Notes: generated from the letters alone by a model not told the origin. 64,000 bases of DNA from Myxococcota bacterium (GCA_965247115.1 CBDFGR010000002.1:1184001-1248000); one strand, 5' to 3'. Counted from the stretch's first letter, positions 1 through 9,833 are shown. Made by a program: numbers and translations.

Positions 1-557
1 ACTCGGAGATCGGACACCTCGAGGGACTGGCCCCGTCCGCGGTCGTACACGCGCGCGCCGGAGCCGAGCTTTACGGTCTGGCCCAGCATGGAGAGCTCGC
101 CGCGTGCCAGATCGAAGCCGGCGAGCGGACCCGTTACTTCGAAGTGTAGAGAGATTCGGCGCGCCCGCAGCTCCTCACCGATCCTTACCGCCTCGATCGT
201 CGTGACCTGACCGATCGCCAGCTCTTCTGCACTGGCGGGCTGGCCATCGATCTCGACCGGCGTTCCGTCGTCGTATTCGACCTTGAGGCCATTGGCCAGG
301 ATGCTCCCGAAACCGGTGATCGTTCCCATGATCCCGGTGCCGCCGATTCCGTCGTCGTCGCCGCCGGCCGTCAGCCCGGTGCCTCCGACCCCCTCGTCCA
401 GCGGTGCGACCCCGGTGCCTCCCAGTCCCTCCTCGCGAAAGTCCGCCGCCACAGCGTGGCCCGCGATAAGAGCGCTGAGCAAGCCCGCACACAGCTGGAC
501 GGCGAGCCGACACCAGAGCACCGCGGTCGCTTCGCGCGCCTTAGCTCGAGCTGTCAT
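1..557 (-). CDS. DUF5666-type secreted protein, N-terminal part (runs off the window)
   Basis: Read manually: MTARAKAREATAVLW...GHAVAADFREEGLGGTGVAPLDEGVGGTG...DDDGIGGTGIMGTITGFGSILANGLKVEYD. It has a signal peptide, GxGGTG repeats and the GxITGFGSI motif, and it overlaps the DUF6502 gene stop. Confidence 0.8.
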   Translation of the reverse strand, partial: MTARAKAREATAVLWCRLAVQLCAGLLSALIAGHAVAADFREEGLGGTGVAPLDEGVGGTGLTAGGDDDGIGGTGIMGTITGFGSILANGLKVEYDDGTPVEIDGQPASAEELAIGQVTTIEAVRIGEELRARRISLHFEVTGPLAGFDLARGELSMLGQTVKLGSGARVYDRGRGQSLEVSDLR

Positions 558-1401
558 CGTGATCCTCGACCGAGCCCTCGTAGAAGTAGACACCCAGCGT
601 CATGCGCCGAGACGCGTGCGACCGATCGGCGTCACGCCGCTTGAGCTCCAGAGCCCGCTCGTTCACGGCCCGGAGTGCCTCCATGCCGAGCTCGTTGGAC
701 AGTGTCTGGAGCTCGCAAACGGAATCGTCGGTCAGCCCTCCGTAGTAGACGGCCCGCTCCAGCAGGGGGGCGTCCTCGCCGTTCAGGTTCCGGGCAGCCG
801 TCGCCATGTGATCGGTCAGGTTCCGGCCGAAGTAGAAGGCCTTCTCATCGAACCCCTTCTCCGGGACGAAGGCGTCGACGTTGAGGCAGATACGATTCTC
901 GGCGTCCATGTGCACGACACCGAGCTGCAGCCACTCGTCGAGGACGGAGCGAGAGCGGATGTCCTTGCTGACCGATGCGACGAGCCGGTCGAACGACGGC
1001 GCAGGGGTCTTCGTGGACGTGCGGGGAAGCGGCAGGGGCGCCCCATCGGCAGCCCGGAACTCCGGGGATCCGATCCAGCGCGCCACTAGCTGCGCGCCGA
1101 GTGTGACGGACGGCGGAGCGCGCTCCGCGTCGGGCACCGTCTCGCGCAGGCGCTTGGCCTCTTTGCGATGGATCCCGGTGAGCAGGGTCACGCGACTGTC
1201 GGTCGGAGGCAGGCCATCGATCCGGAACTCGTCGACCGCCAACTCCACATAAATGCTCTTCAGCAGCTTTGCGAGCTGTGGGTACTGGATCTGGTGAGAC
1301 AGAAGCAGGTGGACCAGCGGACGCAGCAAACGCCGGAGCGCGGCCACCAGCGCGACGGGCGCTGTGCCAAGGGGCTGGGCTTCGGCTCCGCTCTCACTCA
1401 T
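541..1401 (-). CDS. DUF6502 family protein (putative HTH)
   Basis: Motifs LRRLLRPLVHLLL, TDSRVTLLTGIHRKE, SFDRLVASVSKDIRSRSVLDEWLQLG and LERAVYYGGL; directly upstream of a DUF5666 gene. Confidence 0.85.
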   Translation of the reverse strand: MSESGAEAQPLGTAPVALVAALRRLLRPLVHLLLSHQIQYPQLAKLLKSIYVELAVDEFRIDGLPPTDSRVTLLTGIHRKEAKRLRETVPDAERAPPSVTLGAQLVARWIGSPEFRAADGAPLPLPRTSTKTPAPSFDRLVASVSKDIRSRSVLDEWLQLGVVHMDAENRICLNVDAFVPEKGFDEKAFYFGRNLTDHMATAARNLNGEDAPLLERAVYYGGLTDDSVCELQTLSNELGMEALRAVNERALELKRRDADRSHASRRMTLGVYFYEGSVEDHDDSSS

Positions 1402-2485
1402 GCGTGTTCGGGACGGCCGTGATGTACGTGCCGAGATCGTCGCCAGCGACCTCCCAGTGAGACGAATCGCGCCGCCGATTCAGACCGAAGGAGTAGACGA
1501 ACACGGTCCGGCGACTGCGGTCCTTTGAGCACTTGTCGCGGATCCAGTACGGCGAGTTCCACGGATCCAGGAAGTATTCGATTCGCTCGGGCGCAACACC
1601 GGGCCCGCTCAGCGACCCGAACTCCAGAGTGTGCAGGTCGTCGACATCGTACTTCCGGACAAAGCTGTGCAGGCGCTTGTGCGTGCCGCACTTCGTGGCG
1701 AAGGAGCGCTCCCGGCGCATCGCGATCTCCTGAAGATCGCGATCCAGTGCCTGGAGCTCGGTTTGCGTCCGTAGGATGAGCTCGGGAGCTGCACCACGGA
1801 CAACCAGCCAGCCCGTGCTGGCGAGGCCCAGACCCAAGACGGCAACGCTCGCCGCGAAGGTCGGTCCGGCCTGGGTGGCCAGCAAGGTGAGCAGGAAGCA
1901 GCCGCCGAGCAGGAGCTCCACGACCTCGCCCGTGAAACGCACGGGATACCAGAGGTACAGCACCAGGGTCGCGATGAACGACGGTAGAAGCGCAAGCGGT
2001 GGGGTCAGCAGCCCCAGCCGCGATGCCAGGGCGCGCAGCGTCGGAATCCGCAGGAGCAGCGGCAAGGCGATGCCGTAGCCCGCGATGATCGCCGTGAGTG
2101 CGAGCTTGCGCCAGGCCGTCGACGCGACATTGTGGAGGTTGAACTCCTGCTGGAAGTTGTGCTCCAGGAAGTACGTGGGCGGGCGGTACGCGAAGAGTCG
2201 CTGGCCCCAGGAGATCTCCTCCATCGCGACCAGCAGGCAGAAGAGGGCCAGACCGGAGACGCACCATGGCCAGCGCGTGCGTTCCCGAAATGCGTGGGCA
2301 AAGCCGACGCCCGCTGCCAGAAAAAATGCCCAGAATGTGCACCACTCGAGTACTCCGTCTTCCTGAACGAGCTGGTAGAACTGATCCGGGGCCCCGCGAG
2401 CGAGGGTCGTGACTGCTGCTGCCGTCCCGACGAGCAGTAGGTTGGCAAGTACAGCCCAGACCACGCTCCGCTCCTCGACTCCCAT
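1394..2485 (-). CDS. Multi-pass membrane protein (EEISWGQR family) with a GspG-like C-terminal domain
   Basis: About 7 hydrophobic segments; EDGVLEW, EEISWGQR and NFQQEFNLHN motifs; C-terminal DPWNSPY...VYSFGLN. Confidence 0.7.
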   Translation of the reverse strand: MGVEERSVVWAVLANLLLVGTAAAVTTLARGAPDQFYQLVQEDGVLEWCTFWAFFLAAGVGFAHAFRERTRWPWCVSGLALFCLLVAMEEISWGQRLFAYRPPTYFLEHNFQQEFNLHNVASTAWRKLALTAIIAGYGIALPLLLRIPTLRALASRLGLLTPPLALLPSFIATLVLYLWYPVRFTGEVVELLLGGCFLLTLLATQAGPTFAASVAVLGLGLASTGWLVVRGAAPELILRTQTELQALDRDLQEIAMRRERSFATKCGTHKRLHSFVRKYDVDDLHTLEFGSLSGPGVAPERIEYFLDPWNSPYWIRDKCSKDRSRRTVFVYSFGLNRRRDSSHWEVAGDDLGTYITAVPNTHE

Positions 2486-2539
2486 CGCGTGAGGTGTTCT
2501 TGATGCGAACAGCTTGCGGGGCCCTGGATCAGTGGGGAG

Positions 2540-2860
2540 CTACGCGGACAGATCGTTCGAGTCCGAATCCTCTTCGGCGTCGGAATCGCCCGAGTCACTG
2601 TCCGCGTCTTCGGATTCCGAGTCTTCGGAATCGGAGTCCATGGAGTCGGAATCGGACTCGTCGTCCGCGTCCACGTCTGCGGAGTCGGAGTCCGCGGAGT
2701 CGTCGTCCGCGTCCGCCGAGTCGCTGTCCTCACCCTGAGCGATGAGGTCCAGTTCGCCGATTTCCGTTGCATGAGAGCTGCCGGCCGAGAACGGCACGGA
2801 TAGCCACAAGGCCACGGCAAGAATCCCTGCAATCCGCTGCAAAAGGCTGAGATACACCAT
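2540..2860 (-). CDS. Small secreted Ser/Asp-rich acidic protein
   Basis: Signal-peptide-like MVYLSLLQRIAGILAVALWLSVPFSAGSSHA followed by DSDSADADDDSADSDS low-complexity repeats. Confidence 0.7.
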   Translation of the reverse strand: MVYLSLLQRIAGILAVALWLSVPFSAGSSHATEIGELDLIAQGEDSDSADADDDSADSDSADVDADDESDSDSMDSDSEDSESEDADSDSGDSDAEEDSDSNDLSA

Positions 2861-2950
2861 TTGGGGTCTCCTCTCGCGGCGCCGTGGCCGCTTGAATTCG
2901 GGCCGAGAACGCCTGTTGCATATGTCTCTCGGCAACCCTCAGTCTGAACT

Positions 2951-2969
2951 TGAGGGAGATTTTCCCACG
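2951..2969. promoter_or_regulatory. Degenerate palindromic operator TGAGGGAGATTTTCCCACG
   Basis: 15/19 match to the perfect palindrome at 14573-14591; lies in a divergent intergenic region. Confidence 0.5.
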
Positions 2970-3088
2970 CCGCTCCCCGGGCCCCGTGAGCTACGGCTCC
3001 CCTGATCAACTTCCAGCCCGCGAACGCCGATCTCGCGACCTGAACCCCCGGCGCCGCCCCCGGCGCGAGCCCTTGGAGGGCAACTGCG

Positions 3089-4312
3089 ATGCGCAGCTCG
3101 CAAGCACTAGTGTGCGTATGTCTGGCAGTGGTCCTGATGGCACCCGAGGCTAGAACCCAGGAGCAGGCGCAGGACGAGAGTCCCGTCGAGCGCGCAAGGG
3201 TCGGCCTGAGAGCGTCTACGCAGCTCCGGGAGCGCCAGCACGAACGGGCAAAGGAGGGTCGTTGGGCCTGGACGTTTCTCGGGATGCTCGCTGCGGGATA
3301 CGACTCCAACATCTACGAGACGCCCAGCACCGGGCCCACACCGCTCGGGAGCCCTGGCGAGGAGAGCTCGTTCGGGTACGACCTGGGCGTGAAGGCGGCC
3401 GCACTCCGATACTTCAACGACCGCGACCGGCTCAGCCTGTCTCTCAAAGCTGTTGGCTCGCCGATTCTCGAAGACAGCGACATCGCGGAGTACGGGCAGG
3501 AGCTGCGCGCCCGCTACACCGCGCGCATGTCGAGGCGAGTTCGCTTCTCCGTATCGGGCTCGCTCAAACACGACAACGACAGCGAGGTAGACGCCTTCGG
3601 GGCCAACCTATCGCGAGACTACGAGAACTTCGCCTATCGAGCTTCCCCTTCCGTGCGTTACCGGCTTGGCAGAGGCCACTCGCTGCGCCTGTCCTTTCCG
3701 CTCAAGAGAAAGGACTACAAGGAGACGAACCTCGAGAACTCACTCGACTGGTGGGAGGCGGGGTCGGCCCTCACGTATCGGGGAAGGGGGCGCCGCGCGT
3801 CCATCGAGCTGGGCTACGAGCTCGTCGTTCGCAACTACGACGAAGAGCTCGCGAGCCTCTCGGACGGGACCCTGCTCGCCACGAATCCGGAAGAGGAGCA
3901 CCGCTACCGCAAGTTTGCGCTCGAGCTCGGGTGGCGCGCAAGCGACAATCTCGAGCTGTTCGGCGGCTACCGTTTCAAGACCAAGGACGACCGCTTCGAG
4001 GGCTTCGAATCGTACGAAGACCGCAGGTGGCTGCTGGGAGTTGCCGCGACTCCTCGACGCGAGTGGGCACTCCGGGCAAGCGTCTCCTATGGCCAGAGGG
4101 ACTACGACAAGCGTCTGGGCCACGTGCCCACCGAAGAGCTCGAGTACGACACGCTCCGGGCCAGCTTTCTCGCCCGATACGTGGTGTCCGGCAACCTCTC
4201 ACTGTTCGCCCGCTATGGATTCTTGGAGCGAGATTCGAACCGCAGCACGGGGACCTCGTACCGCGACTACGAGATCCACCGGTTCTTCACGGGCGTCTCC
4301 TACGGCTACTGA
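3089..4312 (+). CDS. Outer-membrane beta-barrel protein
   Basis: Signal peptide, AGYDSNIY near the N-terminus, alternating amphipathic strands, C-terminal FFTGVSYGY. Confidence 0.8.
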   Translation: MRSSQALVCVCLAVVLMAPEARTQEQAQDESPVERARVGLRASTQLRERQHERAKEGRWAWTFLGMLAAGYDSNIYETPSTGPTPLGSPGEESSFGYDLGVKAAALRYFNDRDRLSLSLKAVGSPILEDSDIAEYGQELRARYTARMSRRVRFSVSGSLKHDNDSEVDAFGANLSRDYENFAYRASPSVRYRLGRGHSLRLSFPLKRKDYKETNLENSLDWWEAGSALTYRGRGRRASIELGYELVVRNYDEELASLSDGTLLATNPEEEHRYRKFALELGWRASDNLELFGGYRFKTKDDRFEGFESYEDRRWLLGVAATPRREWALRASVSYGQRDYDKRLGHVPTEELEYDTLRASFLARYVVSGNLSLFARYGFLERDSNRSTGTSYRDYEIHRFFTGVSYGY

Positions 4313-4359
4313 CCGTGCTGGAAAGATCCACGAACGGCGCGTCGATACCGCGCGAGCAC

Positions 4360-4776
4360 TTGCGGGTTCCAAAGATCGCGCTGGCGTTCGCTGTTGTCGC
4401 ATCTGCGTGTGTCTCAGCTCCTCCCGAACACGCCGCCTATCTCCGCGAGATGCGTTCTGCGCCCACAACCTTCCGGATGGCCCGCACCCTGGACCGGACG
4501 GCATGGAAACGTGCTCACAGCTTCATGACCCGCTTCAGCTCGATGAAGATCAAGAGGGCGACGAACTCCGTTCTGCAGACCTACCACCCGCCTCGCGACG
4601 AGACCCGCTTCGGGTACAAAGTCACGCGTCGTTCCGCGCGCAGGGGGGTCACGTTCACGGTCGACTGCCTCCCCAGAGACCGCTGGGAGAAGCAGCACTG
4701 TCGTGAGAATGCGGGGATCGCTGCCACGTACATACGGACTGGTAAGCTACCCTACCCGAATCTGATCCACAGGTAG
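4360..4776 (+). CDS. Putative lipoprotein
   Basis: TTG start; KIALAFAVVASAC lipobox-like; this is the coding-like tail of the 3262..4776 ORF. Confidence 0.55.
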   Translation: MRVPKIALAFAVVASACVSAPPEHAAYLREMRSAPTTFRMARTLDRTAWKRAHSFMTRFSSMKIKRATNSVLQTYHPPRDETRFGYKVTRRSARRGVTFTVDCLPRDRWEKQHCRENAGIAATYIRTGKLPYPNLIHR

Positions 4777-4783
4777 CCGCTCG

Positions 4784-6337
4784 TTGCAGTGGATCGGCCG
4801 GGGACGCTCCGCCAACGTCTACGTCGGAGACGAAGACGGGCGGCGCGTAGCGCACAAGATCTTCACGCCCGACTCGCTCAGCCGCCTGGTCTTCTACGCG
4901 CTCGACGGCGCTCCGAATCCGTACGGCTGGAACGAGCACGCCATCGCCGCCGCCCTCGCGAGACGCCAGATCCTGACGCACCTGGTCGAGTTCTGGTTCA
5001 ACGGAAGGCTCGCGCTGCCGGCTACCTATGGGTCGGCCTGGAACGAGCAGGCGCAGGCTTACGAGCTCCGCTGCGAGTTCATCCAGGGTCGGCACCTCCC
5101 GCTACGCGGTCCCGGGCGCTCAGCTGATCGGCTCGAGGATCTGGTGACCGGCATCATGGCTCCCCTGCAGCGCCACCTGGAGCAGGCGGGCTTCGACGGC
5201 ATGGTCTGGCAAGCGGGACGCGGAAATCCCGTCGCGGCCAGCAACTTCATGCTGCGTGACGGAGACGGCCCGCCGCGCTGGGTGTGGATCGATCTCGAGT
5301 CGGGCGTGCCGGCGCTCTTCTCGTGCAGTCTGCGCGCGCAGCTCCGCTTCTACCTGCCGCGCTGCTGGCAGTATGGGCGCGCCCTGTTCGACGACACGAA
5401 CATGCACCAGCTCCGCAGCTACCTCGACGAGCGGGCAGAGGAGCTCGAGAAGGAGCTCGGGCGCAAGCCTCTCGAGGAGCTGTCCGCTGCCGTCGACGAG
5501 CTGGAGCACCGGCAGCTCCGCTGGAAGTCGCTCGCACGTCACGAGCGCGGCATCGCGGCGCACCGCGCGCAGGGACGCATCACGGAGTCCGAGGCGCGCT
5601 GGTACATCGAGCACCGCGCGCGCTGGACGCTGCACCTGCTCGTAGCTGCAGGCGCGGCGACGATCGCTCACCTGCGCGAGACGTTCCGACGCGCCTGGCA
5701 GCGACTGCGACACCTCGATCCACGCCGCGCTCTCGCGCGCGGCTGGAGTTTCATGACCTCTCAGTCGTATCGCACAGAGCTCTCACGCAGCTATGTCTCC
5801 CGTCGGCTCGATGCCTGGGAGGCACGCGGGTTTCTCGAGCCAGCGCTGGTCGAGCAGCTTCACGCGGAGCTCGGACGCGACGCATCGAGCGCGTACATAG
5901 GCGACTTTGGCGTACACCTCATGCTCAAGCCGTTCGTAAAGCTGCTTCAGTGGTGGGTCGTCCCGGCTCTCTTCCTTCTCGGAACGCTCGACGAGTGGGT
6001 CGTGGCGCTCGTGCTCGTGAGCGGAGGAGCCGTGGCTCGCACGGCCTACACGCTGGAGCGCCTGGTCCAGTCGGTACTCAGCGGCCAGCCACTGCCCTTG
6101 ATCGCGCTCGGAGTAGGCACGCTCCCGGTGGCCGGAAACACGGCCTTCCCCGCCGAGCTCATCGCCTGCAGCACGGGCGACACCCGCATCCTCGCGCGCT
6201 TCATCGTCTACGACTCCCTCGCCGCCATCGGCCGCGCCCTTCCGATCTGGGGCGGCCCGGACACGCTCACCGAGCACCGCATGAATCGCCTCCCCGACGT
6301 CGTTGCGAACGCATTGCGCCGCGCGCTACGCCGCTGA
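4784..6337 (+). CDS. Hypothetical protein with kinase-like N-terminus and membrane C-terminus
   Basis: IGRGRSANVY, VAHKIF, NFML and WIDLESG motifs; hydrophobic C-terminal helices. Confidence 0.7.
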   Translation: MQWIGRGRSANVYVGDEDGRRVAHKIFTPDSLSRLVFYALDGAPNPYGWNEHAIAAALARRQILTHLVEFWFNGRLALPATYGSAWNEQAQAYELRCEFIQGRHLPLRGPGRSADRLEDLVTGIMAPLQRHLEQAGFDGMVWQAGRGNPVAASNFMLRDGDGPPRWVWIDLESGVPALFSCSLRAQLRFYLPRCWQYGRALFDDTNMHQLRSYLDERAEELEKELGRKPLEELSAAVDELEHRQLRWKSLARHERGIAAHRAQGRITESEARWYIEHRARWTLHLLVAAGAATIAHLRETFRRAWQRLRHLDPRRALARGWSFMTSQSYRTELSRSYVSRRLDAWEARGFLEPALVEQLHAELGRDASSAYIGDFGVHLMLKPFVKLLQWWVVPALFLLGTLDEWVVALVLVSGGAVARTAYTLERLVQSVLSGQPLPLIALGVGTLPVAGNTAFPAELIACSTGDTRILARFIVYDSLAAIGRALPIWGGPDTLTEHRMNRLPDVVANALRRALRR

Positions 6338-6405
6338 GCCAGTAGAGCCCGGCATCCCGATTCGGATACGATCCCTTGGAGCACGTCTGCTTCGGGGAGA
6401 CAGAG

Positions 6406-7245
6406 ATGGCAATGGAGACGGGGCGCGATCTGAAGCAGGAGGGCGACGTCGTCCTGATCGACGTTCACGAGGACGGCAGGATCTGGGTGATCACCATGAA
6501 CCGGCCCCACCGCATGAATGCACTCGGGAACGGCATGGCGTTCGCGCTGACCGACGCCTTCGAGACCTATCGCGATGATAAGCAGGCGCGAGTGGCGATC
6601 CTGACGGGTGCCGGAGACCGCGCCTTCTGCGCCGGCGCAGATCTGATCGAGACCGCGGAGATCCGTCAGGCCCAGGCCTCCGGAAAAGCACCCCCAACCC
6701 GGGGCATGGGTCGCCTCGGCATCGTCAACATGTCCGAGACGCTCGGCCTGTGGAAGCCTACCATCGCCGCGATCAACGGCTTTGCGGTCGCGGGCGGCTT
6801 CATGCTCGCCATGCAGTGCGACATACGCTTGATGGCGGAGCACGCGCGCGTCGGGATCGCGGAGACGCGCTGGAACATGCCCGGCGCCGCGTGGATGGCA
6901 CCGCTTTGCCGGCAGATGCCGCTCGGCTGCGCCCTGGAGCTGACACTCTGGGGAGACACCCAGTACGATGCGCAACGCTGTCACCAGATCGGCTGGGCAC
7001 AGGCCGTTGCTCCGAAGGATGAACTCATGAGCCTAGCCCTGCAGTTCGCCAACCGAATGTTGGACATGGGTCCACGTGCCGTGAGCAACAACAAGGAACT
7101 GGTCTATCGCGGCGCTACGATGGACCCCACGACCTCGATGCGCTTCGGCTCCGCACTCGAGCAGAACCTGCGCGGTATGAAGGACAGCATCGAGGGTCCG
7201 CTCGCGTTCTCCGAGAAGAGACGCCCCAACTTCCTCGACGAGTAG
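6406..7245 (+). CDS. Enoyl-CoA hydratase/isomerase family protein
   Basis: NRPHRMNAL, AFCAGADL, KPTIAAINGFAVAGG, FSEKRRPNF. Confidence 0.92.
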   Translation: MAMETGRDLKQEGDVVLIDVHEDGRIWVITMNRPHRMNALGNGMAFALTDAFETYRDDKQARVAILTGAGDRAFCAGADLIETAEIRQAQASGKAPPTRGMGRLGIVNMSETLGLWKPTIAAINGFAVAGGFMLAMQCDIRLMAEHARVGIAETRWNMPGAAWMAPLCRQMPLGCALELTLWGDTQYDAQRCHQIGWAQAVAPKDELMSLALQFANRMLDMGPRAVSNNKELVYRGATMDPTTSMRFGSALEQNLRGMKDSIEGPLAFSEKRRPNFLDE

Positions 7246-7287
7246 GCCGAGCTGGTGCGCTGCATAGAGGTGCCGGAGGACTGACGC

Positions 7288-8454
7288 ATGGCGGAGTCTC
7301 GACGAATCGCGGTCGTGGGCGCGGGAGCCTTCGGGGGCTGGGCCGCGCTCTGGCTGCGCCGTGCTGGTGCCCGAGTCACCCTGCTCGACGCGTGGGGACC
7401 GGGAAACTCCCGCGCCAGCTCGGGTGGGGAGACCCGCGCCATCCGCGCCATCTACGGGGGCGGTCGCCTCTACACGACCTGGGTGGCACGCGCGCTCGAG
7501 CTCTGGCGAGAAGCGGACGCGAGCTGGGGGACACGCCTCTATCGCAGGGTGGGGGCGCTCTGGCTGTGCGGCGACGACGACAGCTACGTGCGCGCTGCGT
7601 TGCCTCAGCTCGCGGAGCTCGGTCTCGCGGTCGAGACGCTCGATCCGGCCGAGGCGCGAGTGCGCTATCCGCAGATCTCGTTCGAGGGAATAAAGAGTGT
7701 TCACGTCGAGGAGGAGGCCGGCACGCTCTTCGCCCGACAGGCTTGCCAGGCAGTGGCGCGCAGGTTCTCAGAGGAAGGCGGCGACTGCAGGACGCTCGAG
7801 GCGCGGCCGGGCAAGATCCACAGCGGCTCCTTACAGTCCGTCGAGCTCTCCGATGGCTCACGGCTCGAGGCGGACGCGTTCGTGTTCGCCTGCGGCCCGT
7901 GGCTGCCCGAGCTCTTCCCGCAGATCCTCGGGAACTCGTTGCGGATCTCGCGGCAGGAGGTGCACTACTTTGGCACACCCCCCGGAACGACCTTCTCCGA
8001 GGCGGAGCTCCCGATCTGGATCGACATGGAGCTCGGCTACTACGGGCTGCCCGCGAGCGAACATCGCGGCTTCAAGGTTGCCGATGACCAGCGTGGTCCC
8101 CCCTTCGATCCTACGAGTGGCGATCGTCACCCCACCAGCGAGGGGATCGAGGCGGCCCGCGCGTTCGTCGCGCGGCGCTTCCCCGGTCTGCGAGATGCGC
8201 CGCTGCTAGAGGCCCGTGTCTGCCAGTACACAAACACCGCGGACAGCCATCTGGTGGTGGATACGCACCCGGAGGCGGAGAACCTGTGGCTCGTCGGCGG
8301 TGGCTCGGGACACGGCTTCAAGCTCGGACCTGTTCTGGGCGAGCTCGTGGCGCAGCACGTCCTCGAGGGGAGCCGCCCGGATCCCCAGCTCTCGATCGAA
8401 CGCCTTGCGGGGCTCGGCGCGCCCAGCGAAAGCGTCTTCGAGCCGCTCTCCTGA
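7288..8454 (+). CDS. FAD-dependent oxidoreductase, monomeric sarcosine oxidase/SolA-like
   Basis: VVGAGAFG, SSGGETRAIR, CQYTNT, GGSGHGFKLGP. Confidence 0.88.
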   Translation: MAESRRIAVVGAGAFGGWAALWLRRAGARVTLLDAWGPGNSRASSGGETRAIRAIYGGGRLYTTWVARALELWREADASWGTRLYRRVGALWLCGDDDSYVRAALPQLAELGLAVETLDPAEARVRYPQISFEGIKSVHVEEEAGTLFARQACQAVARRFSEEGGDCRTLEARPGKIHSGSLQSVELSDGSRLEADAFVFACGPWLPELFPQILGNSLRISRQEVHYFGTPPGTTFSEAELPIWIDMELGYYGLPASEHRGFKVADDQRGPPFDPTSGDRHPTSEGIEAARAFVARRFPGLRDAPLLEARVCQYTNTADSHLVVDTHPEAENLWLVGGGSGHGFKLGPVLGELVAQHVLEGSRPDPQLSIERLAGLGAPSESVFEPLS

Positions 8455-9521
8455 TTTCTGGCAGACACGCGCAAGCCCTGATCACGGCGCTGCTCTGGTC
8501 GGCACTCCCCAGCTGCGGCGCCGAACCCCCAGCATCGCGGATCGCCATCGGGAGCTGCGCCGAGCAGCTGAGACCTCAGCCGATCTGGGAGGCGATCGCA
8601 GCCAGCGACCCCGACCTCTTCATCTTCAACGGAGACGTCGTCTATGGCGACTTCGCGCCCGGTCCGCAGGGACGACCTGTGTTCGTGCGAGGCGACCCCG
8701 CACACCTTGCGGCGGCGTACGCGGCACTCGACCGCGTGGCTGCCTTTCGCGACTTCCGAGCGAGGTTTCTCGTCCTGCCGATCTGGGATGATCACGACCT
8801 GGGAGAGAACGACGCGGGCGGAGACTACCCCCACAAAGAGGACTCCGAACGTCAGTTCCTGGAGTTCTGGAACATCTCCGATGACGATCCCCGCGCCCGC
8901 CGCCCCGGGCTGTACCGATCCTGGCTCTTCGGTCCCCCTGGCAGGCGGCTGCAGGTCGTCATGCTCGATACGCGCTACTTCCGGAGCCCCCTCTTGCGGA
9001 ACCCGGACACGAGCGAGGGGGCGCGGCGATACCTCCCGGACAGGGATCCGAGCAAGACCATGCTCGGAGAAGCGCAATGGTCCTGGCTCCGCGAGGAGCT
9101 CAGCCGGCCAGCCGACGTGCGTCTGGTCGTCTCGTCCGTGCAGGTGATCGCTGCCGGGCAGGCCAAGGAGCGCTGGGGGAACTTCCCACTCGAGCGCGAA
9201 CGGCTCTACGAGCTCATCGGGGAGACGCGTACGAGCGGGGTGATCCTCGTGAGCGGAGACCGGCACCGGGCCGCCCTCTACCTCAAGCGCTCCGATGTGC
9301 CCTATCCCCTCTACGAGCTGACCTCGAGCTCGCTCAACCGTTCATTCGCCGATCCGACCGAGCGGGGTCCCTATCAGCTCGGCGAGACCTTTGGCAGGGA
9401 CAACTTCGGAACGATCGATCTCGACTGGACCGACCGATTCGCAACGCTGAACGTCCACGACCTGCACGGTGGGGTGGTCCGCAGCCTGCGGGTGGATCTC
9501 GACGCGCTCAGCAGCAAGTGA
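8451..9521 (+). CDS. phoD: Alkaline phosphatase D family protein (start uncertain)
   Basis: IAIGSC, GDVVYGD, WDDHD, LDTRYFR, SGDRH. Confidence 0.88.
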   Translation: MISGRHAQALITALLWSALPSCGAEPPASRIAIGSCAEQLRPQPIWEAIAASDPDLFIFNGDVVYGDFAPGPQGRPVFVRGDPAHLAAAYAALDRVAAFRDFRARFLVLPIWDDHDLGENDAGGDYPHKEDSERQFLEFWNISDDDPRARRPGLYRSWLFGPPGRRLQVVMLDTRYFRSPLLRNPDTSEGARRYLPDRDPSKTMLGEAQWSWLREELSRPADVRLVVSSVQVIAAGQAKERWGNFPLERERLYELIGETRTSGVILVSGDRHRAALYLKRSDVPYPLYELTSSSLNRSFADPTERGPYQLGETFGRDNFGTIDLDWTDRFATLNVHDLHGGVVRSLRVDLDALSSK

Positions 9522-9560
9522 TCCGGAGGAAGAGCGGATTCGCGCCTACTTGCGAGAGCC

Positions 9561-9824
9561 TCAGAGCGCCTCACAGCGTACCGTCGTCGGCGGCGTGACT
9601 CCGCATTGCAGGGCGTCGGTAACGCCACTCCCGAGCGCCGCGCAGGCGGAGGTGTTCGCGCTCGCGATCGCCGTGTCCTCGCTGTCTCCCCGTCCGACCC
9701 GGCACTCGGTGCGACCCTTGAAGGTGAAACACGCGTCGCACTCTACCCGCACCTCCTGGCTCAACCCATACCAGAGCAGCCCCGCAAAGAGCGCAAGCCC
9801 CACGATCGTGGCTGCAGCGCGCAT
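9561..9824 (-). CDS. Small membrane-anchored Cys-rich protein
   Basis: N-terminal TM segment and six Cys (ECDAC...C...C...C...C). Confidence 0.65.
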   Translation of the reverse strand: MRAAATIVGLALFAGLLWYGLSQEVRVECDACFTFKGRTECRVGRGDSEDTAIASANTSACAALGSGVTDALQCGVTPPTTVRCEAL

Positions 9825-9833
9825 TGAGCCGGG

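Noticed and set aside
2555..2730. Possible CRISPR or tandem DNA repeat
   Set aside because: Irregular codon-level repeats encoding Ser/Asp, with no repeat-spacer periodicity. I saw no CRISPR array or cas gene in the window.
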